Virus record (IMG/VR): IMGVR_UViG_3300027770_000074
Location: 1 to 52,492 of that record
DNA from: a virus
Taxonomy: Duplodnaviria; Caudoviricetes
Length of the DNA: 52,492 nucleotides
Direction: 5' to 3' (one strand)
Below the pieces are notes generated by a model, which saw nothing but the letters and a program-made list of their open reading frames with translations, was not told where the DNA came from and made no database searches. A program made the position numbers and the translations under genes. Each line of letters starts with the position of its first letter. Within the stretch, counting starts at the first letter, position 1. Shown here in pieces: positions 28,963 to 39,000 of the stretch.

Positions 28963-28995
28963 AATCTGTGTTTTTTTGTTTAAGCAGATGGTTTT

Positions 28996-29127
28996 TTATT
29001 TCACCTTTTGGTTTTGAAATGGCATGTTATTTATAAAATATAGATTTTTTTTGGAATAAAACATAGATTCCGTAGTTAAAGAAGAGTATAGAAAATCTTT
29101 TACTAGTTCTAAATTGAAATCAATCAT
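28996..29127 (-). CDS. Possible 43-aa small protein (MIDFNLELVK...) upstream of phoH
   Basis: Internal ATG of the track ORF 28996..29259. This start avoids overlap with 29192 and lies 24 bp downstream of an AATATATA motif on the minus strand. Confidence 0.3.
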   Translation of the reverse strand: MIDFNLELVKDFLYSSLTTESMFYSKKNLYFINNMPFQNQKVK

Positions 29128-29150
29128 ATTTAAGAGTTGTCTGAGATATT

Positions 29151-29160
29151 GATATATATT
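29151..29160. promoter_or_regulatory. Putative bidirectional late promoter GATATATATT / AATATATATC
   Basis: Matches [G/A]ATATATA on both strands in the divergent gap between the phoH unit and 29192. Confidence 0.45.
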
Positions 29161-29191
29161 TAGCTTAATTAGAAATAAAAAAAACCATAAA

Positions 29192-30109
29192 ATGGCAACA
29201 GTAAACACAACAGAAATTTTAGGATCGGATTCCATTTCAGGATCTCGTATTACTATCAATTCGAACTTTCTTCTTCTTCAAAACTGGATTAATGGATTTG
29301 TTACGGTTTTTGGAGTGGATAGTGTTAATGGAATTATGGACCTAAGTTCAGCCTCTACTGGAAAGGTGATGGCTAAAATAGGGTCTTTCAATTCGATACA
29401 AGTACCGGCAGCAGGTGTTGCCACAGCAACTATAAATTCATCAGGTCAAGCTAGTTTTAGCTCAGTACAAACAACATCTTTAACCGCATCAGGAGCGGTT
29501 ACCCTCTCTGGCGCTGTAGTTTTGGGTAGCGGTGGATCTTTAACTGTTGGTGCAACAGCAAGCTTTAACTCAACAACCACATTAAACGGAGGAGTTTATT
29601 TAGGTCCTCTTGGTCATATAGTTAGCCAAAATAAAACATATTTAACCGGACTTACCTCTGGATCAGCATTCCCTGCAAACACTTCAGGTGGAGGAGGATA
29701 TTTCACGGCAAATGTGAGTTCACCTTATGCCTTAACTGGCCTTGAGGATGTCATTTATGCTAATTGTGCTGGGCCCACAGGTTTCTATATGAAAGTAGTA
29801 GATGGGGTTTCCCCATTCGGAGGCACAGTTTCTAATATCCCTGCAGGATCCAGATTAACTATAGTAAACACCTCTGCTGCAACCGGATATATTTGGACTG
29901 GAGTAACAGGATCATCGCCTTATTATACAGGATTTAATACAAACGCTAGCTATGGTGGATTCCCATCTAACACAACAGGTATAATAGTAAATCAAAATAA
30001 AGCTTATCGCTCGTCTATACAGTTACAATGGGAGCCTCAGGTTGCCTTGAATCAAGCATCTGAAACAGGTTCTTGGATAGTTTTATCGGCAACTAACGTG
30101 ACAGTGTAA
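29192..30109 (+). CDS. Putative fibre/appendage protein with gp9/gp10-like N-terminal anchor
   Basis: EILGSDSISGSRITINSNF resembles the D.....KIN.NF trimer anchor; the body is Gly/Ser/Thr-rich and beta-like. Confidence 0.55.
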   Translation: MATVNTTEILGSDSISGSRITINSNFLLLQNWINGFVTVFGVDSVNGIMDLSSASTGKVMAKIGSFNSIQVPAAGVATATINSSGQASFSSVQTTSLTASGAVTLSGAVVLGSGGSLTVGATASFNSTTTLNGGVYLGPLGHIVSQNKTYLTGLTSGSAFPANTSGGGGYFTANVSSPYALTGLEDVIYANCAGPTGFYMKVVDGVSPFGGTVSNIPAGSRLTIVNTSAATGYIWTGVTGSSPYYTGFNTNASYGGFPSNTTGIIVNQNKAYRSSIQLQWEPQVALNQASETGSWIVLSATNVTV

Positions 30110-30124
30110 AAGAAATAAAAAAGA

Positions 30125-32332
30125 ATGTCAAAAACACCATTTATACGGCCTTTACAAGTTCAGGGAGGCACATTTTATTCATTCAGTTCAGCCGCTGAAG
30201 ATTTATCTTTTACTTTCAACAATTCAGTAAACAAATTCAGGTTTTCTAAATTTGCTTTGCTGAATCTTCCAAACATCGACAATGGCTTTAGCTCTCAATC
30301 CCAAGATAATATAATTAGGCTTAGCGCTCCTGACAGTGCTTTTCTTGACTATGCAACTTCTGCCGGAAAGATTATTACGGGTAACGGTAATATAGATTTT
30401 TCACAGAGCTTCCAAAGCTATTGCTTAAACCTAGAATCAACTATATTTTCAACTGACGAATATGATTCTACGTTAAAACAAAATGTATCTGAGAGAGTTT
30501 TTTTCAAATGGATTAGAGAAATTGGTGCGATGAGATTTAGACCAGCAAACTCATCTGAGGTATCCCCTTCCTTAGATCAAAATTCAGTTGTTACAGTAAA
30601 CGATCTCCCTGTAACACAGAAAAGATATGTAGAGGGAGATCAGCCTCTTGGAACTACTGGTTCTTATGGTATTCAATCTGGAACGTATAACAGAGTTGTT
30701 CAATATATTGGTAATCTTGATATAGTAAACAGTGTTAAGAATTCGGATAACTCTTATTCAGAAGTTTATGTTTACATTCCAACAAAAGATGGTAACACCC
30801 CTACTGTTTTATTTAAAAACGTTGTAGATAAAAATTATTATCAGGATTTTCAATGGACTAACAATCCAAATAATCCTCTTAATGATGAATATCTAAATGA
30901 CAGAAATTATGATGAAATTAACCCTAGCGGATTAACAACTCTAGCAATTTTTGACGACGATGTTTTAGGTGCGCCAACATCATCTTTCTTTTACACTGGA
31001 TTAAATGGTGCCACTGCAGCTGGAAACTGGTACACCCCAAGAGATACTGCAAACACCTACTTTACTGATGAACTTTTCACAGATCCCTCTAATGATATAC
31101 TTTATAAAAGCTATAATGGTATAGATCTTACGTATATAAGAAGTAGACTTGACTCCATAGGAATAGATTTCGATCCAAATTCATACCAGGGGATTCTAAG
31201 TAATCCTAGTATTAGCACTCTTGAAGAGTTCAACTCGACACCTGATGCTGCGGATTTTGAGTTCAACTGCGTTCTGATATATTATGACGTATACGATCCT
31301 GCGATACCTTCAGATTCTGCAACTAATCTTTTTGGAGTTTTATTTTTGGACGATGTCAATTCATCAGGTGGTGACGTCTTTATTCCTAGATTAGACAAGT
31401 TTAGACCAAATCCGGTTACTAAGCTTAACGGAAACTCTTATGGATTTAAGATTAATCTCAAATTTGACACAGACATAGATCAAACCGGCGTTGAGCAGGC
31501 AATCAATGATTACTCTCCTTTTTCTTTATCGATGTTCATGGATGCCATGAATGTTCTTCAAGACGCAAGCTCTACCCTTAATAACGCTTCTGTTGATTTT
31601 ATACAGCTTTCTGATAGGGTAACTAACATTGAAAATATTACTTTAACTACACCAACATCTATTAATTTAGACAGGAGAATACTTTCTATAGAGCAAACAC
31701 TAGCAACAAACCAAGCTCTTTTAAAAAATAGTGCTTCTATAATGCAGTTAATAAATCAAAATTACGATCTTGTTAGATCTATTTTGAATAACCAAACTAG
31801 CGTAGAAGTTTCTTATAATTTAGATTTAGTTAAGCAAGGTAAGGGCATCTTTGTTGATAGAAGCACACCTAATCAGCTTTTTATAGATAATATAAATCAG
31901 GATTTCAATATCGGAAAGGATTATGCATATGGTACTTTTACACAGAACGGTACAAACGTTATTCCACTGAATGATTTTTCAAATTATTTCAAGCATATCA
32001 ATGCTAGTACTGGATTAACTCTTACCGCTGATATGACTATCCGAATTAACGATACAAACGTTAACTGGAAAAATGGGCAGAGATTTAGATTATCTTTCGG
32101 CGACCCTATCTATCCTGGAAATTTTGTAATAAAAATATTAACAAATGCAACAGGTCTTTATCCAATAAGCAATCCTTCATTGATTCAATATTCTACGACG
32201 ATTGTGACATTCACATCCTCTGAATTTTCTTCCAATTCTTATGTCCCAGTTTTTGATATAATCTGTATCGATCAGGACAATTTAAGATTCCAGGTTGATA
32301 TGATAGGAAAAAGTATAACTAACACACAATAA
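30125..32332 (+). CDS. Putative virion structural protein
   Basis: 735 aa in the structural operon, with a coiled-coil-like segment near residues 475-555. No family recognised. Confidence 0.6.
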   Translation: MSKTPFIRPLQVQGGTFYSFSSAAEDLSFTFNNSVNKFRFSKFALLNLPNIDNGFSSQSQDNIIRLSAPDSAFLDYATSAGKIITGNGNIDFSQSFQSYCLNLESTIFSTDEYDSTLKQNVSERVFFKWIREIGAMRFRPANSSEVSPSLDQNSVVTVNDLPVTQKRYVEGDQPLGTTGSYGIQSGTYNRVVQYIGNLDIVNSVKNSDNSYSEVYVYIPTKDGNTPTVLFKNVVDKNYYQDFQWTNNPNNPLNDEYLNDRNYDEINPSGLTTLAIFDDDVLGAPTSSFFYTGLNGATAAGNWYTPRDTANTYFTDELFTDPSNDILYKSYNGIDLTYIRSRLDSIGIDFDPNSYQGILSNPSISTLEEFNSTPDAADFEFNCVLIYYDVYDPAIPSDSATNLFGVLFLDDVNSSGGDVFIPRLDKFRPNPVTKLNGNSYGFKINLKFDTDIDQTGVEQAINDYSPFSLSMFMDAMNVLQDASSTLNNASVDFIQLSDRVTNIENITLTTPTSINLDRRILSIEQTLATNQALLKNSASIMQLINQNYDLVRSILNNQTSVEVSYNLDLVKQGKGIFVDRSTPNQLFIDNINQDFNIGKDYAYGTFTQNGTNVIPLNDFSNYFKHINASTGLTLTADMTIRINDTNVNWKNGQRFRLSFGDPIYPGNFVIKILTNATGLYPISNPSLIQYSTTIVTFTSSEFSSNSYVPVFDIICIDQDNLRFQVDMIGKSITNTQ

Positions 32333-32345
32333 TTTTTAAAATAAA

Positions 32346-35300
32346 ATGGCAGGTACACAAAATTCAATAAGTTCAATGCTTGCGCAGTTTTTAAGACTGC
32401 AAAAAAATTCGTTGGAAATTTTAAACGGTCTAAACGAAGCTGCTATTTCAACTAATAACACTGTCACTATTGAGGTTTTAGACGAGGCTGGACTTCCTAA
32501 AAATGCAAACATACCTTCTTATGGGTATATTAGGGGAGAAATACAAAGAATAGACAGCAACGTTCAAGCTCTAGCGGGATTGGGTAATAATTCAGCCACA
32601 ATAAGAAACCCTGACGGGACTTATTCCCAAATTTTTAAATCTGAAACATTAAAAGAGCCCACACCTCTATCCGGATTATCTGTGCCTAGCACATTTTTTA
32701 TTAGAGACAATTGGTTTTTTGAAAGCTTCTTAAGCCCACTTCTTTATATTAATATTAATGTAACCGGTAAAATATCGGATTCTTCCGATAGAATAAAGGT
32801 TATTCGGGTAATTGCTAATACAGATACTGAAGATAAAAGATCCTTCTTTGATTTAAATCTAAAAGGAAGAAACGATTTGACTTATGAGCAGTACATAAAC
32901 ACTTTAGAGGGAGCGGGTATTGGATATTTTACTGATGAGGATGTGATAGATCTTCCCCTTAGAACATTAAGATTTATTGGTAACTTTGGTGTAACCTCTT
33001 ATTACGATGACGTTGTTACTGTAACTAATCAAAATGCAAATCAGGTTGAAACAAACAACCCTCTAAACGTATCTGCCAGTTACCAAGAAACTAGAAGGAA
33101 TTACAAGTTAACTACTCTTAATTATACAGACACACTCTCTAATGTAAAAGATGGTAGAACACTAGATATTGGGGATAGAATTTCAACACCTGATGGAACT
33201 CTTTATCAGGTTACTGCGGTAAACGTAGATCAAGGATCTATACAAGCAAAAAGATTATCCGGCTATGAACCAATAAAGCTAGGTGCAAACACTATTCAAA
33301 TAGCATCTACTGATTTTGGTCCAAGATATGCTCAAGTAAACATCGGTTATAATGAGAGACAAGGTATTTTCTTTAAAACGATAGATGATAATTTTAATAT
33401 AGTAGGAGCAACCTGGTCTACTGGAGTAATACTTTGGACGAATGATTTGGTAACTAAAAATCCTGACGGCGAGGTAGTTTCCCTTGAGCAATACTATTTA
33501 AGCGACGTTTCCGATATTGGTAAAATTCTATTAGGAATGGCAAAAGATAAAACCGTTCCAGCAGTTCAAGGATTAATTCCTGATGTCCCTCTAGTTGTTC
33601 CTGATAATTTCAAGGTGGTTCAAATAAATAAGCAGGTAACTGAATCCACTAGCGTTAAAGTAATAAATGATAAATTACAGGTCAAGAGCACTTTAAAAAG
33701 TGAAATAAACTCTTTGGATGATGCAATAAACAACACGAAGATCCAGCTCAACACAGGGCTTGCAACATCAAATCAGCAAAATTCAAGAGCTGCGTCTCTA
33801 CTCTCTAGATTAAGCGGGATAAGTCCTGTAGATATCCCATCTAGTGAGGGAAGCTTAGCACAAACAAATAATCGGATAGGTGTAAATACGAATTCCCTTC
33901 AGGCTGATCTTAGTAATTTGATTGACGAAAGGGTAAAGAAAGTAGCTTTGTATTCCTCTATTGTTGATGAAGTTAGTACTCTTTCCCAGGATGTACCACA
34001 AGTTTTAGAACCTCCTAAATACAGAGTCCGCGGGTTTTGGGCTATTCCAGCTCCTAAATTAAGTCCTGCAACAGGGGAGCAGGCTGTTATTCAATTCTCC
34101 GTAAGATACAGATATCTTACTGATTCTGGATCAGCTCAGCCATCAGAACAGATAGAATATCTTGACGTTGATAACGTTAAAAAAGTTGGTGCTTTTTCAA
34201 ACTGGGTAGAGTATAAAACGGATATTCGTAAAAAAGTATACGACCCAAATACTGGATTTTATGTTTGGACACCGGAGGTCACTGCTGATTCGAATGTTCA
34301 GAACATAAACCAATTGGATATACCTATTACAAAAGGTGAGAAGGTAGAAATTCAAATAGCTTCAATATCCGAAGCTGGTTGGCCAAATAATCCACTTACC
34401 TCTGAATATTCAACCTCAGTTGTTATCTCATTTCCTGATAATCTTACAGTGACAGGTTCTGCAGAATTAATTAAAACTAATAACGAGGATTCTGCGGTGG
34501 TAAAGGTTCAGGCAAATCTGAATGCACAGGGTCTTCCTTCTCACCTTTCAGAACAGTTCACTGCTGCAGATAGAACTTATTATCATACTGCGGTAGGAAT
34601 ATCAAGTGGATTTTATTCCACAGCTGGATCTGTTTTAAGTTTATACGATAAACTGGTAGATTTACAAAATCAACTAAACCAATTAAAGGCAAGTGTTAGC
34701 GCAGTAGTTGGTGTTCTTGAAGTCTACCTTGTTGATTCGTCCGGAAACAAAGTAAAAGCTACTAGAGGAACAACGATCAGCTTGAATGCAGGATTTTATG
34801 CTGACTTCTTCTCTGCTCCGTTAACAAATGATGCTGGTAAAGTGGCTTCTGTAATTTACAGCATTCAGCTTGTTAATATAGAGGCATCTGCGCTCGAGCT
34901 TGCATCTTCCATACCTGGAGGTCTTCAGACTGCAGCACCAACCTTTATCGGAACTAATAATCCTCAGGGATATAATACCAATTTGAGATATTCTGATGGA
35001 CCTATTTCTGTTACCTCATTAACAAGACCTCAGGTTATATCCAATCAAGAAATTAGACAGGCTCCTCCGTTTGCATCTCAGAATGCATATTCTCAGTACA
35101 TTTACCCTAGATATAAAAACGTGGGATTCAACCAGATACTTTTGAATAATCCTAATCCCCCATCTGGTGTTGAAAACCTTGCAGCTAATTTTACTGCAAT
35201 ATACTCTTCAACATACTCATATGATGGCGTTTCGTCTTCGACACAACAAAATTTCGGTGTTTCTGGGGTATATCCACAGAATGGAACGATCTTTACCCCT

Positions 35301-36053
35301 TATGATCCAACATTATATGCTAACTATTCCTCTGTAATTGGAGGAACAGCTGCTAACGTTTGGAACGGAACTTTTACTGGCGTTACAGGTGGTGATCCTG
35401 TAGGGGGAGGATTTATTTCTGAATTTTGTATTGATAAAAGACATCCATATCTCGTAGAGGTTGGTGCTACGACTACATTCACAACCTATGGTGATTTAGT
35501 TAAACCTTTTGCATCGTCTGGGGTTTCTTATGCACCATTCAGGCACACACAATCATTCTGGGGCGATACCTCTTTAAATGTGAATTACGTTCAGCAGGCT
35601 TTTAGAGTGCCATTATCCTTTCCTTCTGCTTCGACTGATCCAAGAGAGGATGACATGTACCCAGATAAACTTGGATTCTCTTCGAATGATGAATATCTAA
35701 TCGGGAAATTTTCATGCGGATCTTACTTATTTTTAGCACCAAGCTCTGGTGATTTATTACAAGTAAGCGGCACAACTAGCTTATCATATAGAACTTTATT
35801 AGGAGGGGAAACTAACGCAATAAATATACCAATGGTATTCCAGTTTAGATGTGTTGATAAAGCTGGCTATATAGGGGGATGGAGAAAATCTGGAAATCTT
35901 ACAAACATCAACTATACAAAAAAAATAGGAATAGATATACAAGTTGCAAATAGCGATATTTTTTCTTTCGATGTTATTGTCAGTGGCGGATACCAAAATG
36001 ACACTTTGGTCGCTCCTAATTTCTCAGGCGGAACAAGATCGCTATTTGTGTAA
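32346..36053 (+). CDS. Large putative virion structural protein
   Basis: 1235 aa with coiled-coil stretches (LKSEINSLDDAINNTK; LYDKLVDLQNQLNQLK) and a fibronectin-like beta segment. No family recognised. Confidence 0.6.
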   Translation: MAGTQNSISSMLAQFLRLQKNSLEILNGLNEAAISTNNTVTIEVLDEAGLPKNANIPSYGYIRGEIQRIDSNVQALAGLGNNSATIRNPDGTYSQIFKSETLKEPTPLSGLSVPSTFFIRDNWFFESFLSPLLYININVTGKISDSSDRIKVIRVIANTDTEDKRSFFDLNLKGRNDLTYEQYINTLEGAGIGYFTDEDVIDLPLRTLRFIGNFGVTSYYDDVVTVTNQNANQVETNNPLNVSASYQETRRNYKLTTLNYTDTLSNVKDGRTLDIGDRISTPDGTLYQVTAVNVDQGSIQAKRLSGYEPIKLGANTIQIASTDFGPRYAQVNIGYNERQGIFFKTIDDNFNIVGATWSTGVILWTNDLVTKNPDGEVVSLEQYYLSDVSDIGKILLGMAKDKTVPAVQGLIPDVPLVVPDNFKVVQINKQVTESTSVKVINDKLQVKSTLKSEINSLDDAINNTKIQLNTGLATSNQQNSRAASLLSRLSGISPVDIPSSEGSLAQTNNRIGVNTNSLQADLSNLIDERVKKVALYSSIVDEVSTLSQDVPQVLEPPKYRVRGFWAIPAPKLSPATGEQAVIQFSVRYRYLTDSGSAQPSEQIEYLDVDNVKKVGAFSNWVEYKTDIRKKVYDPNTGFYVWTPEVTADSNVQNINQLDIPITKGEKVEIQIASISEAGWPNNPLTSEYSTSVVISFPDNLTVTGSAELIKTNNEDSAVVKVQANLNAQGLPSHLSEQFTAADRTYYHTAVGISSGFYSTAGSVLSLYDKLVDLQNQLNQLKASVSAVVGVLEVYLVDSSGNKVKATRGTTISLNAGFYADFFSAPLTNDAGKVASVIYSIQLVNIEASALELASSIPGGLQTAAPTFIGTNNPQGYNTNLRYSDGPISVTSLTRPQVISNQEIRQAPPFASQNAYSQYIYPRYKNVGFNQILLNNPNPPSGVENLAANFTAIYSSTYSYDGVSSSTQQNFGVSGVYPQNGTIFTPYDPTLYANYSSVIGGTAANVWNGTFTGVTGGDPVGGGFISEFCIDKRHPYLVEVGATTTFTTYGDLVKPFASSGVSYAPFRHTQSFWGDTSLNVNYVQQAFRVPLSFPSASTDPREDDMYPDKLGFSSNDEYLIGKFSCGSYLFLAPSSGDLLQVSGTTSLSYRTLLGGETNAINIPMVFQFRCVDKAGYIGGWRKSGNLTNINYTKKIGIDIQVANSDIFSFDVIVSGGYQNDTLVAPNFSGGTRSLFV

Positions 36054-36055
36054 CT

Positions 36056-36063
36056 GATATAAA
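36056..36063 (+). promoter_or_regulatory. Variant late-promoter-like motif GATATAAA
   Basis: In the 19-bp gap before ATG 36073; one mismatch to the consensus. Confidence 0.25.
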
Positions 36064-36072
36064 CAAGAGAAA

Positions 36073-39000
36073 ATGTCTCAATCTAAATTATTTGATTATA
36101 ATTCTTCTTTCGCTCTGACTAGAACGAATCCTAAATTATCTGGTAATTATAAAATTACTTTAGATTCAAGCGGAGGTGTCTGGTTTAATTCGATAGACGC
36201 AAACCAAACTTTAAGCGACTCCAGATTTAAAAAATATAACATAACGGGGGAGAATAATCTAGCTAAGGATCTGTTTAATTTCTTTGATCAAGGTCAAACT
36301 TCAAAAGATCTTGTATTTGAAGTAAGTTCCAGTGTGAAAGGAGAAACCCAGTCTGCAGAAAATTTTTCAGGTCAGTATGATTTTTTTTACGGGAGCGGTG
36401 CAAATGTTTTAGCTGATAAGAATTACACAGAGGATTTTAGATACTTTGCCCCACTTTGGCTAAAAAGTGAAATCCCAGATTTTTTTGTGATCTTTAAAAC
36501 CCCTGGACCTCTAAATTATCCCTATTCACAAAATGCTACCAACATATCATCGGGTGTTGTTTATAAAGTCATACAGGATTTTGACAGCGACGGTAATTTT
36601 GTGATTAATTACGGGAAGAATGCAGCAGGTGCTGATGTTTTCTATGCTGCAGGTGAGACTTTTATAGGAAACTCCAATTATACTGGATATTCAATAATCA
36701 GTGGATCTGGAAAAATTGCAATATTTGATGAGCTTGCATACATCTCTTTATCTGATGATGTTCAATATACTTTTGAGAACAAGATTCTCCCTAATTGCTC
36801 TGTTATTAAAACCTTCGACCTTAGGGAAAATACGAAAATTGGAAAATATATTAGACAGATATTCAACAATCCAGGATTTTCAAATTCTCCAATCGAAGTT
36901 AGCTGGGGATTAAACTCATATAGTTATTTCAAGGGTGTTAGTTATGCTGATGGTGTTTACACTAGAAAAGCAGAACTACTTACTGAATTTCTTTCCTCGA
37001 GTAGCTCTGACCCTATGATAGATTTTGAGGATTATGTCACTTCTGGATTTTCCAGAAATGGAGTAATCTGTCCTAATCTCTTGAATTTAGAATTTCTTTT
37101 CAATGATGACGAGTCTGAGAATTTCACAATTAACAGGTATTTTGGTTTTTATGTCTCTAGAAATGATTTTGCTAAATTTAGACTTAATGGAAATTTTTTC
37201 TATGAATATAGAAATATACAAGGTAATGAAAATTACCCTCAACCCTCGATTAACAACGTAGGTTATTATGATAATAATTACTCAGATGTCATTGCTGCTA
37301 CCTCTGGGGTCAGAATATTCTACGAGGATGCATCAGGATTCTTACCTGGATCTGATAATGTTAATCTATATGATTCTAATAAAATTTTTTATGTAACTGA
37401 CAAGTATGATAATTTTTATACCTTAAAAAGATCTGAGACTTATACACAAGCTGGCGGAAGCGGTCCGGAGTATACATACGGACCTTATGACTATTCTCTA
37501 GGTCAATTCACAGCAACGGGATCTAGCGGAGCAACCTCTGGGTCTTTCGTTTTAGGGAATTCTTTTGTTGATCTGCTATCTTTCACTGGAAATGACGATC
37601 CTATTCAAAAAATAGGAACCGTGTCTGCTGAAAAAACCAAGGAAAGCGGTAAAGCATATATTGATATTAAATTTTTAAAGAATTACGATTTACCCAATCC
37701 GTTAACATTTAAGATATTCTGGCCGAACGGATCGCAAAAAGAGGGATCACGTAAATTTGATATAGTTAGATCCGGTGATTTCTCTGCTATACTGAGATGG
37801 GTTGGCGGATCATATTATTCCTCTGGTAATTCCTATTATTTCAATGCAGAAACAGGAACTACAGGAGATGTTGCTAGAGCTTTCTCTGATGTACTAAAAG
37901 ATGTTGATGATATAATATGGGATACCGGATCAAACGGGAATTATTCAATAATAAGAGTTACTAGCTCAGGAACTTTCGGTAATGATAATTTCTCTATAAC
38001 TGCTTTTGATAACTATTCAGCATTCACACAGGTTTATAAGGGAACCTGGTCAAATATTTCTGGCTATACCTCAGGCGATGTTGTCTTGTATAATAATAAT
38101 TATTTCGAGGCTAATATAAACATCCCAGCATCTTCTTCGTCTTTAAATACCGAGCCTGGCGGTACTGTTTGGAATCCATACAACACATTCTCTAGTTCTG
38201 GATATGTTGAAATCTGCGGGGTTGATGCCTCAGAAATAACCTCAAACTCTCTATTCAGAGGAGGTACCATTTTACCCAACAATAGGATCATATTTCCACT
38301 TTCAGATTCTAATATAATTCAGCCTGGGTATTTTATTCCTACAGTTAAAGGATATGTTGAAGTTAATCAGATTACCAGATATGTTGATTCTCCAATAAAG
38401 AGTACGGATACTGAGAAAGTTATCTCGTTCGAAAATTTCGAGACCTTACTTGTTGCAAACCTAAAAAATGATTATGCTGAGGTAGATCTAGGAACAGATA
38501 AATCTGTGAGCATATACTCGACATCTAATACGGGAGTTGGTGTTTTTACCTTCTTTGATACTAAAGAATTTGATTTTGATTTTTGGTCATCTGATTATTC
38601 TTATAATCCCAATCCAGAAACTTTTAGATACTTTCAGATTCTTGCAGATACCGATGGTGTTATTTATCCAAATTCCCCTTATTTTGTTAAATCCGGACAA
38701 ATCGTTTATAGCGGAACATTATATAATCAGGGACAAATATTCTACGGAGCAACAGGTAGTACTTCTTTCCAAAATATAAATCCTGGTCCTGATTCTTACC
38801 CAGTAGTTTTCCCTGCTCAATTTTCTGATGTAACTTTCGATTCGTCTGCTACATCTTATTCTAACATAGGCTATTACAAAGATTTTGAAGCATTCCTAGG
38901 ATTTATTGGAATACAGGATTTGTTTCCTGGAACATTAAAACAAAGTGCTTCTAAGGAACAAGCATTTGAGCTAGGAAAACTTGCAACAGAATATGATTAC

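Noticed and set aside
28996-29259. 87-aa version of the minus-strand ORF
   Set aside because: It overlaps the start of 29192 and spans the promoter-like region; only the 43-aa internal-start version is retained, at low confidence.
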